A DNA stretch of 64,000 bases from Eledone cirrhosa (Eukaryota), in NCBI GenBank assembly GCA_964016885.1, contig OZ024742.1, positions 326,058,001-326,122,000 on the forward strand, given 5' to 3'. The translations under genes and the position numbers were made by a program. Positions 31,551 to 44,244 of the stretch are shown one piece after another (the first letter of the stretch is position 1; the number at the start of each line of letters is the position of its first letter). The notes beneath the pieces were generated by a model, which was given only the letters and a program-made list of their open reading frames with translations, was not told the DNA's origin and made no database searches.

Positions 31551-31978
31551 ATTCCAAATATTCTTTTAATGTTGGAAAAATCTCAATACGTATTTCTATG
31601 GCCTGGTTACACCATCAGTTCATGACGTAATACTTTGTTAATGCCATCAGGTGTAAATTGCAAAGATTAGGTAATCAATTACAAGATTATAGTAAATATA
31701 AAGAGAGAATAGATTGAGTCGGAGACAGCCCCCTATTCAGTGACGGACCTCCTACGAATCTATCCGGAGGCTATTTGTCACAAGACTACCATGGTATGGC
31801 GGGCTCTCTCTAAATGAAGTCTATTCTCAGTTTATCTTTACCGTAATCCTTTAATTGATTTTCTAATCTTTGCAATTTACACCTGAAGATGTCGCCAAAA
31901 TCTTACATGGCCTGATGATGTAATCAGACGATATAAATACGTATTAGGATTTGGCAACATTAAAAGAATATTTGGAAT
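31551..31978. repeat. Old diverged fold-back with decayed HHR-like motifs
   Basis: Arms ~31551-31712 / 31820-31978. CTGATGA...(G/T)AAA-TACGTA-TT occurs on both arms. Confidence 0.7.
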
Positions 31979-32548
31979 CCGAAATTCTTTTGTCTCTTAC
32001 ATATTTAACTCCGTCCCTCTCACCACCAAAGAGATACCACATCTACATTGGGTGATTTGCGTAACGTCGAGCGCTTTAGATAAGTACATAAATATTTGCT
32101 CACCGGACAGACCAGATTTATCCATAAGCCAGCCAAAATAAATATTATGCATACATACAAATACACACACATATATATATATGTATGTTTGTGTGTCTAT
32201 ATATATATATACATTAGACATTTCCACAAAGTACGAACGAAATTTTCGATGGTCGGGACTAGGAGAATTTTTGGTAACGTTTATCTATTTTGTTCTTCAA
32301 ACATACATTTCAGACTTAGGTCCGTTTAAATGATTATTTGTTTAGTTAATCTCTACGGACTAAGAGAAAAGATTAGGTAAATTTTATCTGACTGTTCTTT
32401 ATAAAGGAATATCGATAACGTTTATCTGTTATTTCTTCAAAGTTACATTTTAAACTCAGTTCCGTTTAAATGATTATTTATCTAGTTAATTTCTACGGAC
32501 GAAGAAGAAAAAATAGGATAAATTTTGTCTGACTATTCTTCAAACTGA

Positions 32549-32603
<55 letters not shown>

Positions 32604-32800
32604 GGCAACACCATTTTATATTTATATATATATATATGTGTGTGTGTGTGAGTGTATGTGCGCGTGTGTGTGCGTGCGTGTGTGTGAATTTGTGTGTGTG
32701 TGTATGTATATATGCATAAGGTAAACAGAAATAACAAAGCAAACGCCTCAGTTCAATGAAGTAATACATCAGGTTTACCCTTGACATACTAGGGAAAAAG

Positions 32801-32835
32801 TCTGAACATTTCGGACGCTAGTCCTTCATCAGAAA
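32801..32835 (-). ncRNA. Minimal HHR motif (relative at 60668-60702, plus)
   Basis: Minus: TTT-CTGATGA-A-GGAC-TAGC-GTCC-GAAA-TGT-TC-AGA. Confidence 0.65.
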
Positions 32836-33769
32836 ATAGAAAGGTAAATTCTAAAAGAAATAAAAAGATAGAGGACAGTGAGCATTAGCAAAATCGAAGA
32901 AATATATATATATTCGTGAATATGTGTTTATTATATGTTAAGAAACAATGTTACCCTATTGTAAACATTTTCATATTACTGAATATGTTTGAATAAATCT
33001 ATTCTGCATTCTAAGCAAGGGCGTCTATTAATTATTTTCAGTCAGCAATTTGTTTTATTTATCTTTTTTTTCAGCCATTTTATTATGTCATTTCCGGTGA
33101 GAGTAGTCAAATTTCTAAACATATATTGATTATATGGTTATAAATACCCTTTGTTTGTAAAGAAAGGTGTGCAGGGTTGCTTGATGTCGCTGTGTGATCG
33201 TCTGTGTATGTGTGTGTATGTGTATTTGCATGTTTGTCTGCCTGTCTATGTAATTATCTGTATGTAATATATGTTAATGTTTGAATATGTCTTCTCAATT
33301 AACGCATAAAGTTTTCCACCGTTTTACGATTTGTATAACGTTTTCTTGTCGCTCTTATATAACTTGTGTTTATCTGCTTTCATGTTTCATTTTAATTGCC
33401 ATCAGTAGCAAAATAAAAGGAATATTCTCGTTCTTAGTGTCTGAGTAGTAGTGGATTTATGTTTCTTCAATTTATCTTATATAGTGGTCCTCCTGTACCC
33501 AAGGATTATAGATGAATACTGGTGGGCAAGAGAGACGACGCTGTCGGAGGGCTTTGGGTGTTGATGAAATCGAAATAACCAGTCTGTTCTGAAGACATTT
33601 CGGGCCGGGGACTATGAACAACGACCAGAAACCCCTTGTTTGACAGAGCTAACATGGGTCATTGTCAGTTCGAGACAATCTCTACAGCCACGGAAGAGCT
33701 ATCTGGCATTTTATTTCTGTTATTGTTATGTGTCAGAATATTAGTGTGAAATTGTTAGAGCGGCGATGA

Positions 33770-34995
33770 AATAATTTGTGGTATTTGATTACGGTCGGGT
33801 TAAAATTTTAACGCAGTCTATTTTGCCTTTCTGAATTTGATAAATTAAAGTAGCATTCAAGAACTGAGGTCGATATAATCGGTTCTTACCTCCAAACAAA
33901 ATTCCTTGCACTGTACCCATGTTAAAATTTATTATCTTTCACGTTTTCATAAATTTATTAGATTTCACTGGACGTGAATATTCTCCTTTAACGATGTAAA
34001 AATGTGTTTCTACTCTACATCAATTTTATTTGTGGCATTAATTCTTTTGACTTTGCTCGTATATTAGAGTGTTTTGTTTGTTGTGCAGAACAAGAGCAAG
34101 ATGAATGATATTATTTCGTTTGGATTGGCTGTGTCGGTAGAGGGTTGGGCGCCATGCTTTGACGCATAGAGTTACGGCCTTTTCCATTCGGAGTTCAAAT
34201 CCCGCCAATGTTAACTTTTCCTTTCATCTTTACGGGGTCGATAAAAGTACCAGTAATGCACTGTGTAATTGCTGGCCTTGTGCCAAAAGAAGAAACAATT
34301 ATGTTGTTGAAGGTCGGATGAAATGCTTCGCGATATTTAGTTTCAACTTTCTACGTTCAAATTCCGCCGGGGTCAACATTTCTTTTTATCCTTCCGGGGT
34401 TGAGAAAATAAAGTACCAGTAACACACAGAGGTCGATATAATTAACGTTTCCCTTCCCCCAAATTGCTGGTTTTGTGCCAATGCTGGAAATAATTATTTT
34501 GTTTAACGGAGTATAAAATGTGTCACGGTGTCTACGTTCCGTGTTCGAATCCCGCTGAGGTCAACATTGTTTTCATACTTAGGTGCTCTATAAAATAAAG
34601 TACTGATATATTAAGTAATGGGACCGATATATTCGACTTTCCCTCCTCCTCATTTCCTTACATGGTACGAATTATAGAAAGAATTATCCTGTATGAGCGG
34701 TTTTGTATTTCGATTATACTAATTGATTGTCGGAAGAACACTGTGATGAGGATTCTGTTATATTATTGTGTTTCAGTTGTATATATTGGTTTCTGATTTA
34801 GGCACAAGGCCGACAATTGTAGGGGAGGAGAAGGTCAATAAAAGTGAGCCCACTACATTACTGGTACTTTAATTGATCCTCCCCGTAAGGATGAAAGGCA
34901 AAGGTAACCTCGGCAGGATTTGAACTCAGGGCCGTAACTATTTGCAATAAAGCATCTTGACCGATGTTCCCCCCGATTCTGTCAATCTACCACCC
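33770..34995. mobile_element. Cluster of about five tRNA-derived SINEs (four plus, one minus at 34795-34995)
   Basis: Repeated GTTCAAAT(C/T)CCGCC..GGT(T/C)AAC..T(T/C)ATC(C/T)T..CGGGGT.GA.AAA..AAGTACCAG. Confidence 0.75.
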
Positions 34996-36721
34996 TTCAG
35001 TTGTATATATTGAGAGATGTTAGTGCTGGGTGGTGCTGTTATGTTTTATTTTGCGTTAATTGCTTAGATTATGTGTGGTGTTATATTGACAAATACTACT
35101 TCGTTGGAATATGTGTTATGTGAGTAGTGTTATTGTCTTGACTGGTGATTGTAACGTGAGTGCATTGTGAGGAGAATATAAATTGTTTGAGCTGTGTGAT
35201 ATTGAACTAAATCTTGCGAAGAATAAGAGTTATGCTTTGCAGGATTATTCTTTATGACTTTGTGTAACTCTGTGAGCCCTGGGATATATTTCATATAGGA
35301 AGTGGGTGCGATCACATGGTAGTTGGCAGAGTCGGAGAGTTTGCGATTGTTCCGAGTTGGACACTCTGTAGCTCTTGTTATTGAAATAATGCAACGATAT
35401 TTTTATCATTTTGGCAAAATATTCCATATCTAGAAATTTTTGTCTGAAAGAATACTTACACAGTAAGAATCTTGGCTTAGTTTCAGAGATCTTTTGTTTG
35501 ACAAAGTACGTTAGTACGTGTGAATGATGTTGTCTGTTCTTGATTTTATTCTTCTTACTGTTTTCAAAAAGGATGAAAAACAAATGTGTAATCAAACCAC
35601 AGGTAACAGTAACACATTGAGATTATGGTGATGATGATGATGATGATAGAGCCTCCTTCAGGTTTAACGATTAGCAACCAGACGTTCAATTAACAGATCG
35701 TGCAACTCGTGAATTAAGTGGTAAAGGAATTAATAATTAATATAGTTTTCCTTCAAAATCAGTGTAGCATAGTGTGTGAAAAAGGTAGATATTTGCAAAT
35801 TGTTACAGAAATAATCCTTCTGGTCGGGTTCTCATAGAGCCTACATCCACCGAATTTCACCTATTATTGATCAACCAAGGACAGTGGTAAAATAATTTCC
35901 CCGATGTGGATTTGAACCCGGTATGCCAAGAATGCGAAGTGAAATTCTTAAATATTCATCCGTGTCTCCGTCCAGATATACGGGATGGGCCAGAATTCAT
36001 GACTCACTTGATTATTTATAAATCTATTAACACAAAATGTTATAAAATAAGTAATTAAGAAAGAAAAGTATAAATTAAGAAACCAACCCGCTAAGCATAT
36101 TAAGAAATAAAATAATAAATGAAATACAATAACAATAAAATAAGCATGTAAAGAAATATAACTAACCAGCGGGTCATTTTGGCCCACCCTTTATATTATG
36201 CAGAATACAGCAATAACATATACTGCTCTTACATCAGGTAGAGTACTTTTAATTCACTAGAACATAGAATACCACATCAAAGCACAAAGTGCTTCACTTG
36301 GTTCTGATGAGTGGGCAAGCAATAAATATAAAACTAATATAAAAACGATAATATTCATTTTGATGGTGATGATGCTGATGATGATGAAGAAGAAAACGAC
36401 AAAGAAGAAGAAGAAGAAGAAGAAGAAGAAGAAGAAGAAGAAGAAGAAGAAGAAGAAGAATAACAACAACAGTAACAACAACAACAAACAGAGGGAGGAG
36501 GAGGAGGAGGAGGGGGGGAGAAGAAGTAGAATAACAACAAATAGAAAAAGAAGGAGAAGAAGAAGAAGAAGAAGAAGGAGGAGGAGGAGGAGGAGGATTA
36601 TATGACGATAGTCATCATCATAGTCATCATAATATGTTGATTGAGATGATGATGATAATCGTAAGGTTGTCGTTGATGTCGGCGATGGAGAGGGAGTGGG
36701 AAGATAATAAGAGTGATAATA

Positions 36722-36896
36722 ATTGTTTCTACTTTTGGGACAAGGCCAGCAATAACCCAGTACATTACTGGTACTTTATGTTATCTACCCCGTAAGGATG
36801 AAAGGCAAAGTTAACCTTGGCGGGATTTAAACTCAGACCGTAAAGGGACGTAACTATGCTGGAAAGCATGGCGTCCGACCTTCTACTGATACTGCC
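36722..36896 (-). mobile_element. tRNA-derived SINE
   Basis: Reverse complement of the SINE at 50375-50555. Confidence 0.8.
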
Positions 36897-36930
<34 letters not shown>

Positions 36931-38150
36931 GTTGATACCTCGAATAAATGATACCTGGAACAAAGATACGGCAATGGAGGAAATGAATGCTGACGAGCTA
37001 GGACAAGATTTGGATGATATCCTAAACTAAGTGGTAGATACGACTGAATGGCAAATCAGGGAAATGAGAAATGACATTCGAAAGCTTGAGTCCCTACTGA
37101 TGGGACATTACAAAACATAGACTCTAAAAATAGACTGGAAATAAAGTACAAAACTAGGAGGAAAAAGCCAAATATTATCATAGAGGAACTGAAGCAACGC
37201 ATTGTAGCAAAGAGCGCAAAGATTAGGCGATACGAGAGAAGAGTCAGTCAGTATAGACAGAACCGCATGTTTGACAACAACCAGAAGATGATGTTTGGAC
37301 AGCTTGAAGGGAAAGAAAGAGGCAACGACTTGATCCCTGAGGCGGAACAAGCTAAGACATTCTGGAGAGGAATATGGGAGCAGGATGTTAAAGATAATGA
37401 CCAGGCAGTGTTGATTGAGACAATACAAAAGGAGATTAGTGAACAGGCACACCAACAAACTGATTTGAGTATCACAGTTGAAACTCTTAAGGGGCAGACC
37501 AAAAAACTAACCAACTGGAAATCACCAGGCCCAGATGGTGTGCAGGGGTACTGGATTAAAAATATAACATCCCTCCACCCGAAACTGACAACCATGTTCA
37601 ATGACTGCTTGATGTCGGGTGAGGTACCAGAGTGGTTGACAAAAGGTACCACAGTTCTGGTAATGAAATCCCGAATCAAGGGTAATGATGTTACCAACTA
37701 TAGACCAATCACATGCCTGTCCGTAATGTGGAAACTGTTGTCAAGCATTATGTCTGAGGAAATCTACCATCACCTCCACACAAACAACCTGTTACCGGAC
37801 GATTGTGGATGTGGCCTTCCCATTCCACACGAGACTGCAAGAGAAGGAGAGGGAGAAAATTAACCGATACCAGCACTTAAAGTGGGAGGTAAAAAGGATT
37901 TGGAACTGCCATGAAGTCAAAGTGGTCCCGATTGTCATAGGCGCACTAGGTACTATCTCAAAAGGTTTCCAGGGATGGTTAAAGAAAATTGGCCCCGCCC
38001 CGCTTTTTGGAACACTTCAAAGGCATGCTTGCCGGGAACAGCAAGAACCCTCCGATACGTCCTGAATATCTGAGGCTGCAGGTAGTGGCTTGATATTCAT
38101 TTCAACAAACTTTCCAGTTAACTAACATCAATGACTGAGACTCAAAGAAC
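36931..38150 (+). mobile_element. R4/Dong-like RLE non-LTR retrotransposon, 5'-truncated and internally deleted, between (TAA)n tracts
   Basis: IRRYERR..QYRQNRMF, FWRGIW, NWKSPGPDG and YRPITCL (37267-37800) are joined directly to the RLE end DVAFP..EKEREKINRYQHL..VVPIVIGALG (37805-38065). Confidence 0.88.
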
Positions 38151-38191
<41 letters not shown>

Positions 38192-38449
38192 TTTCTTTAT
38201 TAACCACAAGGGTTTATATAAAGTAGACATTAAGGAGAGTGCAGGACAATACAGGACGGTACAAATGGGCTTTTCTGCGTGTAAAAAACAAAAACAGAGG
38301 ATGTAACAAAAAATAACAATGAAAAATTCCCCAATAGGGGGGGGGGGGAGACTTCGGAGAGACATTTGTGGAGAAAGCCCAGTAAAAGGCCACAATGACC
38401 CTGACCACCAAGGCAAGTGCCCTCTCCCAGTTTTCCACCTTTAATTTAC

Positions 38450-41400
38450 AGACATATACTCAGAGTAGGCCCATTCACTCGGGCCATTCTTGCTTCTCTC
38501 ACCCAGCTTTCAACAAAATGCTGGGAAGAGAGCACTTCCCTCTCTACGCTGATTTTCCTTTTCAAATGAAATTTGAAAAAAGTCAATCAGAGCATCACCG
38601 AAGAAGTAAGTGCTCGTCTTCAGCCCTTTCAAACGTGTCCACCATACTATCTCTTTCGCCATGGCCACCAGACAGAAAAAAACTGCCTGCCCTTCCCGGC
38701 TAAAGGAGGAGGGCGGGGCAATCCTCACGATGGACTCAGATGATAGCCGGATCCGTCTCACACGCGACAGCTGGTGTTCGACATAAACCCACAAGTCAGC
38801 AATTTTCGGACACTGGACGAGTGCGGACAGGACGGTTTCGTCGCCCTGCGCGCATCTCGGACATGCCCGGCTGACGGCACCTCCATGCCTGTAGAGTTTA
38901 TCCCGAACTGGCAAAGCTCCTCGGTAGCACTGCCAGGCCAGAGATTTCTGGAAGTTGTCCATAAGCCCCGGCCCGAAAGTTCTTCCGAAGAGATTGGCTA
39001 GTTGATTTTCGTCGACGCCTAGAGTTTCCCCAAGTATGTCGCGCTCTTCCCCTCCAATAATCCTCTATAGAACGCCGAGGTAGAGTTTCCACCGATTACA
39101 TTGCCCGATTGGTCGAGGGCTGTGAGCGCCTGAAGACATTCCAGTCTCCAGGCGCTCCCTCTCGGTCTTCGCTTGACCCAGGACTGCAGCTCCGTCAAAT
39201 ACGAGCTGGGGAAATACGTGTCTAGCAAACGGCGACCACACCTGGTCACCGTCGAGGAAGAGGTGGAGATGTCGTAGCCTGAGCGCGTGCCTGCGCATCA
39301 TCAGCCACGGCATGCCCAGCCCCCCACGTAGCGGGTGTTGACTACAGATGGACCGCCTGACCATCGGAGCGCGTCCCTTCCACAAAAAGCGAAAGAGCAA
39401 ACGCTCCAGCGCAGTCAGGCGAGGCTTAGGACAAGGTACGACGGTCAGGCGGTAGCAGATGACGGACGCGATGTACGCGTTAGCCACCTCCGCTCGACCT
39501 TTCAGGGATAGCTTCCTCTTCGCCCATTTCTGGGTGAGAGAAGCCACCCTGCTCGTCACCTCGTCCCAATTTTTGTCCGTCTGGAGGTTCGGACCGAACC
39601 AGACCCCTAGCAATTTAACCGGTCCGTCCGTCCAGCGTCCGACGACGCTGTTGGACGGCATGGACCTGCCTCTCCAGGTGCCGATCTGCAGGCCCACTGA
39701 CTTTTTCTGGTTGATCATTGCTCCTGTCACCGCTTCGTATTCTCTTAGTGTAGTGCCGATCGCCTCGATGTGTTTGGCGTTTGACACCACTACGGTGACA
39801 TCGTCCGCATACGCTGACACGGATCTTCCGCATCCTAGTTCACGCGGGATGCCCCTCAACGTCTCCAGTTTGTGCAGTAATGGCTCGAGAGTCAATACGT
39901 ACAAGAGGGACGAGAGGGTACATCCTTGGCGGACCGAGCGCATGATGTTGAACGGTTCCGACAGGTGACCGTTCACTCACACCACAGAGCAGATGTCGCT
40001 GTGCATGGCAGCGATCCAGCCTCTGAAGACGGGCCCAAAGCCAGCCGCCCTCAGGACTGCCGCTAGGTAACGATGGTCGACCCTATCGAAAGCTTTCGAC
40101 TGATCTAAATTGATCAAGGACCCACCCGTGCCAGGTTCCCTAGCTACCCTCTCTACGATGTATCGCATGAGGTGGAGGTTGTCGTGGATGGATCTGTAGG
40201 GAGTGGCGCATGTCTGCGCCTCTCCCACCAGACCACCAACGACAAGCGCCAACCTCTTTGCTAGCACCTTGGCCAAAATCTTGAACTCTGTGTTTAGCAG
40301 AGTTATGGGCCGGAAATTATCTATGTTATCCCCCTTGTTCGGATCCTTTCTCAGCAGTGCCACCGCTCCTCGGCTCACAGAACTGGGAATTCTCCCGTTC
40401 TGTTGCCAGTTGCAGTAGACGTCCGCCAAGAGGCCTCCGAACAAGTCTGGCATCTGTACGTAAAGTTCATAGGGCAGACCATCCAAACCAGGCGATTTAC
40501 CCCTTGTGCAGCCAGTCATTGCCTCCCTTACTTCAGCGGCTGTTATCGGCTTTTCGCAACACCTCGCCTCAGTGGCCGAGAGCCGCGGCAGTCCGTCGAG
40601 GTAGACACTAAAGTCCATCCCTCGACCCGCCCGATCGCTGCCCCCGAACAGCTGAGCGAAGTGTCGCTGAAAAGCTTCACACATTTGCCCGGCATCGAGT
40701 AGCATGCGCCCGTCGTGGTCCACCAAAGACCGGATCGTGGCTTTGTTGCCACGACGCGCCTCCGCAACTAGGGTCCATTGAACGGCTTTCGTCCCCTCGT
40801 GTCTGAGAGCACGCACCCTTGCTCTGACAACGCAGCCTTCGTGCTTTGCATTGAAGAATTGGTCAAGGGCCAATTTCGCCGCAAGCACGTCGGTCGCAAT
40901 GCCTTTGTTAAGCGCCTCGTCTAATTTTCTAACTAGTTCTCCCTCTGCTCTATTTTTCTCTATTGGTAAAGCCTTACTAAACCTAATGGATTCTATTCTA
41001 ATCGCTCTTTTCAGAGCAAACCACCACTTGTTGTTGACGATGGCCCCCGTCAACGCCCGCTTAACTAGTTCGCTAATCCGGTCTCTGTAGGCCTTGCGCG
41101 CTGGTAAGGACGCGTTTAGCTTCCAGTAGCCGGGTCCTCGTCTATGAAGCCTATCTAAGTCAAGCACACATATCACGAATTTGTGGTCCGTGTAGCTGAA
41201 TTGTAGCTATCTTGAATTGTGGACAGCCTATGCTAGACCTATCTATTTGCCTACAAAATACTCTATCTAGATATGATCTGGATGACCAATACGATTTGTC
41301 CAAGTCCACATTGACACATTCGGGAAATCCAATCGGTACCTGTCAGACAGTTCAAAACGCCTGAGCAGGTTGGTGAGGCTCTTGCACCCTCCACCCCTAT

Positions 41401-41869
41401 CCGCTAATCCCACACAGTCCCAGCGTGCATCTAAGATCCCGTTCCAGTCGCCCACTAACACTAAAGACCGGGACCTTCCAAGAAAGGTCTCCAGACGCCG
41501 GAAGAAATCAGGCCGCCCTGCTCCTGTCGGGGCATAGACGGCCACTAGCCTGAAAGCTTGCCCGTCTCCACTGGTCACGTCCAGCACCACCAGCTTACCC
41601 TCTGGGTCCAGGAAGATGGCCCGTATGGCGAGACCCAAACCTCTCCGAAAAAGCACAGCAACTCCTCCCCCCGATCCAGGACGGCTGGGAGATGTGTACA
41701 CATCGTAGCCGCCAAAGATCGGTGCGAAGGCCCGTGCTTCGGAGATTCTGGTCTCGCTGATGGCCACTACATCTATGTTTAGTGACCTGAGGTCGTTGAG
41801 CAGGTGACCCTGCTTCCATGACGACCCCAAGCCACGTGCATTTATGCTGCCTATTCTGAGTGAGGTCAT
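38450..41869 (-). pseudogene. Tx1 ORF2 (APE-RT-zinc finger), with a stop at ~39977 and frameshifts
   Basis: ORF pieces 41267-41869, 39977-41176, 39065-39976 and 38510-38962. Confidence 0.92.
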
Positions 41870-41904
41870 GTTTAAAATAGAGTGGAAAAGATGGGAAAGA
41901 CCAC

Positions 41905-43991
41905 TTACCGTACTTTTCGTAGAGGAGGGATGGTTTTTACATCCCTTTTCACTTGATCGTCTGGTGAAGGGACCGTTGAATCGTCCCTTCGGCTGGTCGT
42001 CGGCTCTTCTAAGAGAATGTCTGAATATACTCTTCGATTGATAGTTCCTCCTAGGTCCCTGAAATCACCAACTGCGTTGGGGAATTTCGTTTTAATGTTA
42101 GTGTATTGTTTCTGTGCTATTTTTAGCAGTCTTATGTTAGTTGGCGTTTTGATTGGTGCTGGTATTATGTAGTCGTGTTGTGAAATGTCTGTGTGTTCAA
42201 TTATGTAAGTCATTAGTTTCTTGTTGTGTGTATTTATTGCCGTGCATTTGTTTTTCTGGGGGTGGGGTGTGGTTCTGCTATTTTCTTGTCGTTGTTGCTG
42301 GGTGTGTGTGTTTTGTTGTTGTGTTTGCGATGTTGGTGCTTGTGGTGGTGGTGTTGAAGGTGTTGTTGGCGGTGGGGTTGTCGCCGGTGGTGATGGTGGT
42401 GAGGGTGTTGGTGGTGTTGCTGCTGTGGGTCTCTTTGCAGTAGACTTTACCCTTTTCTCATTTCTTTCCTCCCTTTTCAAAGGCGACGATGCGCTGCTTC
42501 TGCGTTTGTGCCTTCTTACGACCTTTTGCCATCCCTCTCCCACCTCACACTCCATGTCTGATTCTGTGAGGTCGGGGAGGGGTACCAGCTCCACTCTTTC
42601 ACTTGTTGTTGGTGATGTTTGCACTGGAGTCTCTGTTGCAGCTGCATTTGGTATTGCTGTTGTTGTTGTTAATATTTCCACTGCTGCTGCTGTTTTTGAT
42701 TTCCGTGGCGTGGGTATGGGTGCCACGGACCTATCGTTCCTGGTTGCCGCTTGTCCTGTTGCTGGTAGCCGTGGAGCCGGTTTCGGAAGGAGGGGGGTTT
42801 TCTCCTTTCTCAGGGTCTTCTCGTTGCAGAAGGCCCTGAGGTGATTCTTCGATCCACAGCGAAAGCATTTCGGGCGTTTTCTTTCAACACTTATGGCAGT
42901 TGAGTGCCGTTATCGAAGTCTATCACATCCGGCATAGCTTCGATGCACTCCTGGTTGGTTTGGATTAGCATCTCAATGGAGGTGCCGACCCAATCTTCTC
43001 TTACTTGTTTCTGTACTTGCAGTACAGTTGTTTTGTCCTCGATTCCGACGAGGACAGACGCAGCCAGCCAAGAAGGGGCCATCCCGGGGGGGGGGGGCGT
43101 AGGTCAGTTTGACCCTCACAATTTTTTGCCCGCAGTAGGAGGGCACCAACACCATTTCCTCGCTCCTTAGGGTCACTACGGATTGGGCATTTGCCTCCTG
43201 GGGTGTGGCAAAAAGTACGTCTACGGTGGCATATTTTTTGCCTCGGGTGATGTGCGTTTTCCGCTGCCACACAGACCCCAAGGCTTTTTGTATTTGAGCC
43301 TCTGTGGCTCTTTCCACCCTACGGGATTTTGTACTTACTGTACGGTACGTGACCGTACAGTGCCGTTGGGTTTCGAAAAATGTTTCCGCTGCCTTGCAGA
43401 TTTTTCGGTGTCCAGTCTTTGTCACCATCTTCTTAGCTTCCTCTAATTCCTCATTTGTTATGAGGATTGTTTCCAAGTTTTTCGCAATACCTGCAAATGA
43501 GATGGTTTTTCTTTGCTGCTGTTGTTGTTGTTGTCGTCAGAGCTGCTGTTACTTTTGTTGTTGCTGCAGGTACTACGACTACTGCCTCCGCCGCTGTTGC
43601 TGTGGTTGTTGTTGGTGTTGCTGCTGCTAATGCTGTTGTTGTTTATGCTGCTGGTGATGCTGTTGCGGCTGCTACTGTTGTTTTCATTGTCACTGTTGCT
43701 GTTGTTATTACGGCTGCTACTGCTATTATTCCTGACGTCAGACGAATGAACTGGGTTTTCGTATTTCCCGCACGCCTGTTTCGTCGCTGTCGTCGTCGTC
43801 GTGGAGAAACCTTGCACGCTTTGCACGAGACTTTTCTTTTCTTTCGTCGCTTGCGAAAGAGAAGGGAGGGAGAGAAACACATTTAAAGAAGGGAGGGAGA
43901 GAGACAATCTTCTCTCTGCTGTAGTGATGATTGAGGAAGAAGAAGACGGAATGAGTGGGAGTGACCTATTAAATTTCTTTTTCGAAGCCAT
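41905..43991 (-). pseudogene. Tx1 ORF1 (gag-like, CCHC knuckle), frameshifted
   Basis: ORF pieces 43458-43991, 42973-43476, 42891-43082 and 41905-42726. Confidence 0.8.
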
Positions 43992-44209
43992 GTTGTTTTT
44001 TTTTGGTTTAAAATAAATATTGGGTACAAAACCCCAATAAGCAGTTATTTAACCCCGAAGGGCCAAATAACGGGCAGAAAGACCCCTCTCACGAGGAGGA
44101 GGGTGTTTTTATCTACAAGTTCGTTAAAGTTTTAAACAATTTACAATTGTTATAGTGTTCAAAATTTACAATACCTTACAGTGCCGAACCTCCGTCAACC
44201 ATAGCATTC

Positions 44210-44242
<33 letters not shown>

Positions 44243-44244
<2 letters not shown>

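Larger units (their letters stand above)
38190..44210 (-). mobile_element. Near full-length Tx1/L1-clade LINE, copy A (disrupted)
   Basis: ORF1 ~43991-41905 has the knuckle KCFRCGSKNHLRAFC. ORF2 from 41869 has APE (SINARGL, SET, VYAP, GDWN), RT (KSPGLDG, FRPITLLN, KAFDRV, RQGC, YADD) and a C-terminal CPRC..E...C. 3' AATAAA, then (TTA)n. Confidence 0.95.

Noticed and set aside
36303-36330. Isolated CTGATGAG (similar partial cores near 18027 and 33563)
   Set aside because: No compatible stem II, GAAA and stem I/III pairing could be built.
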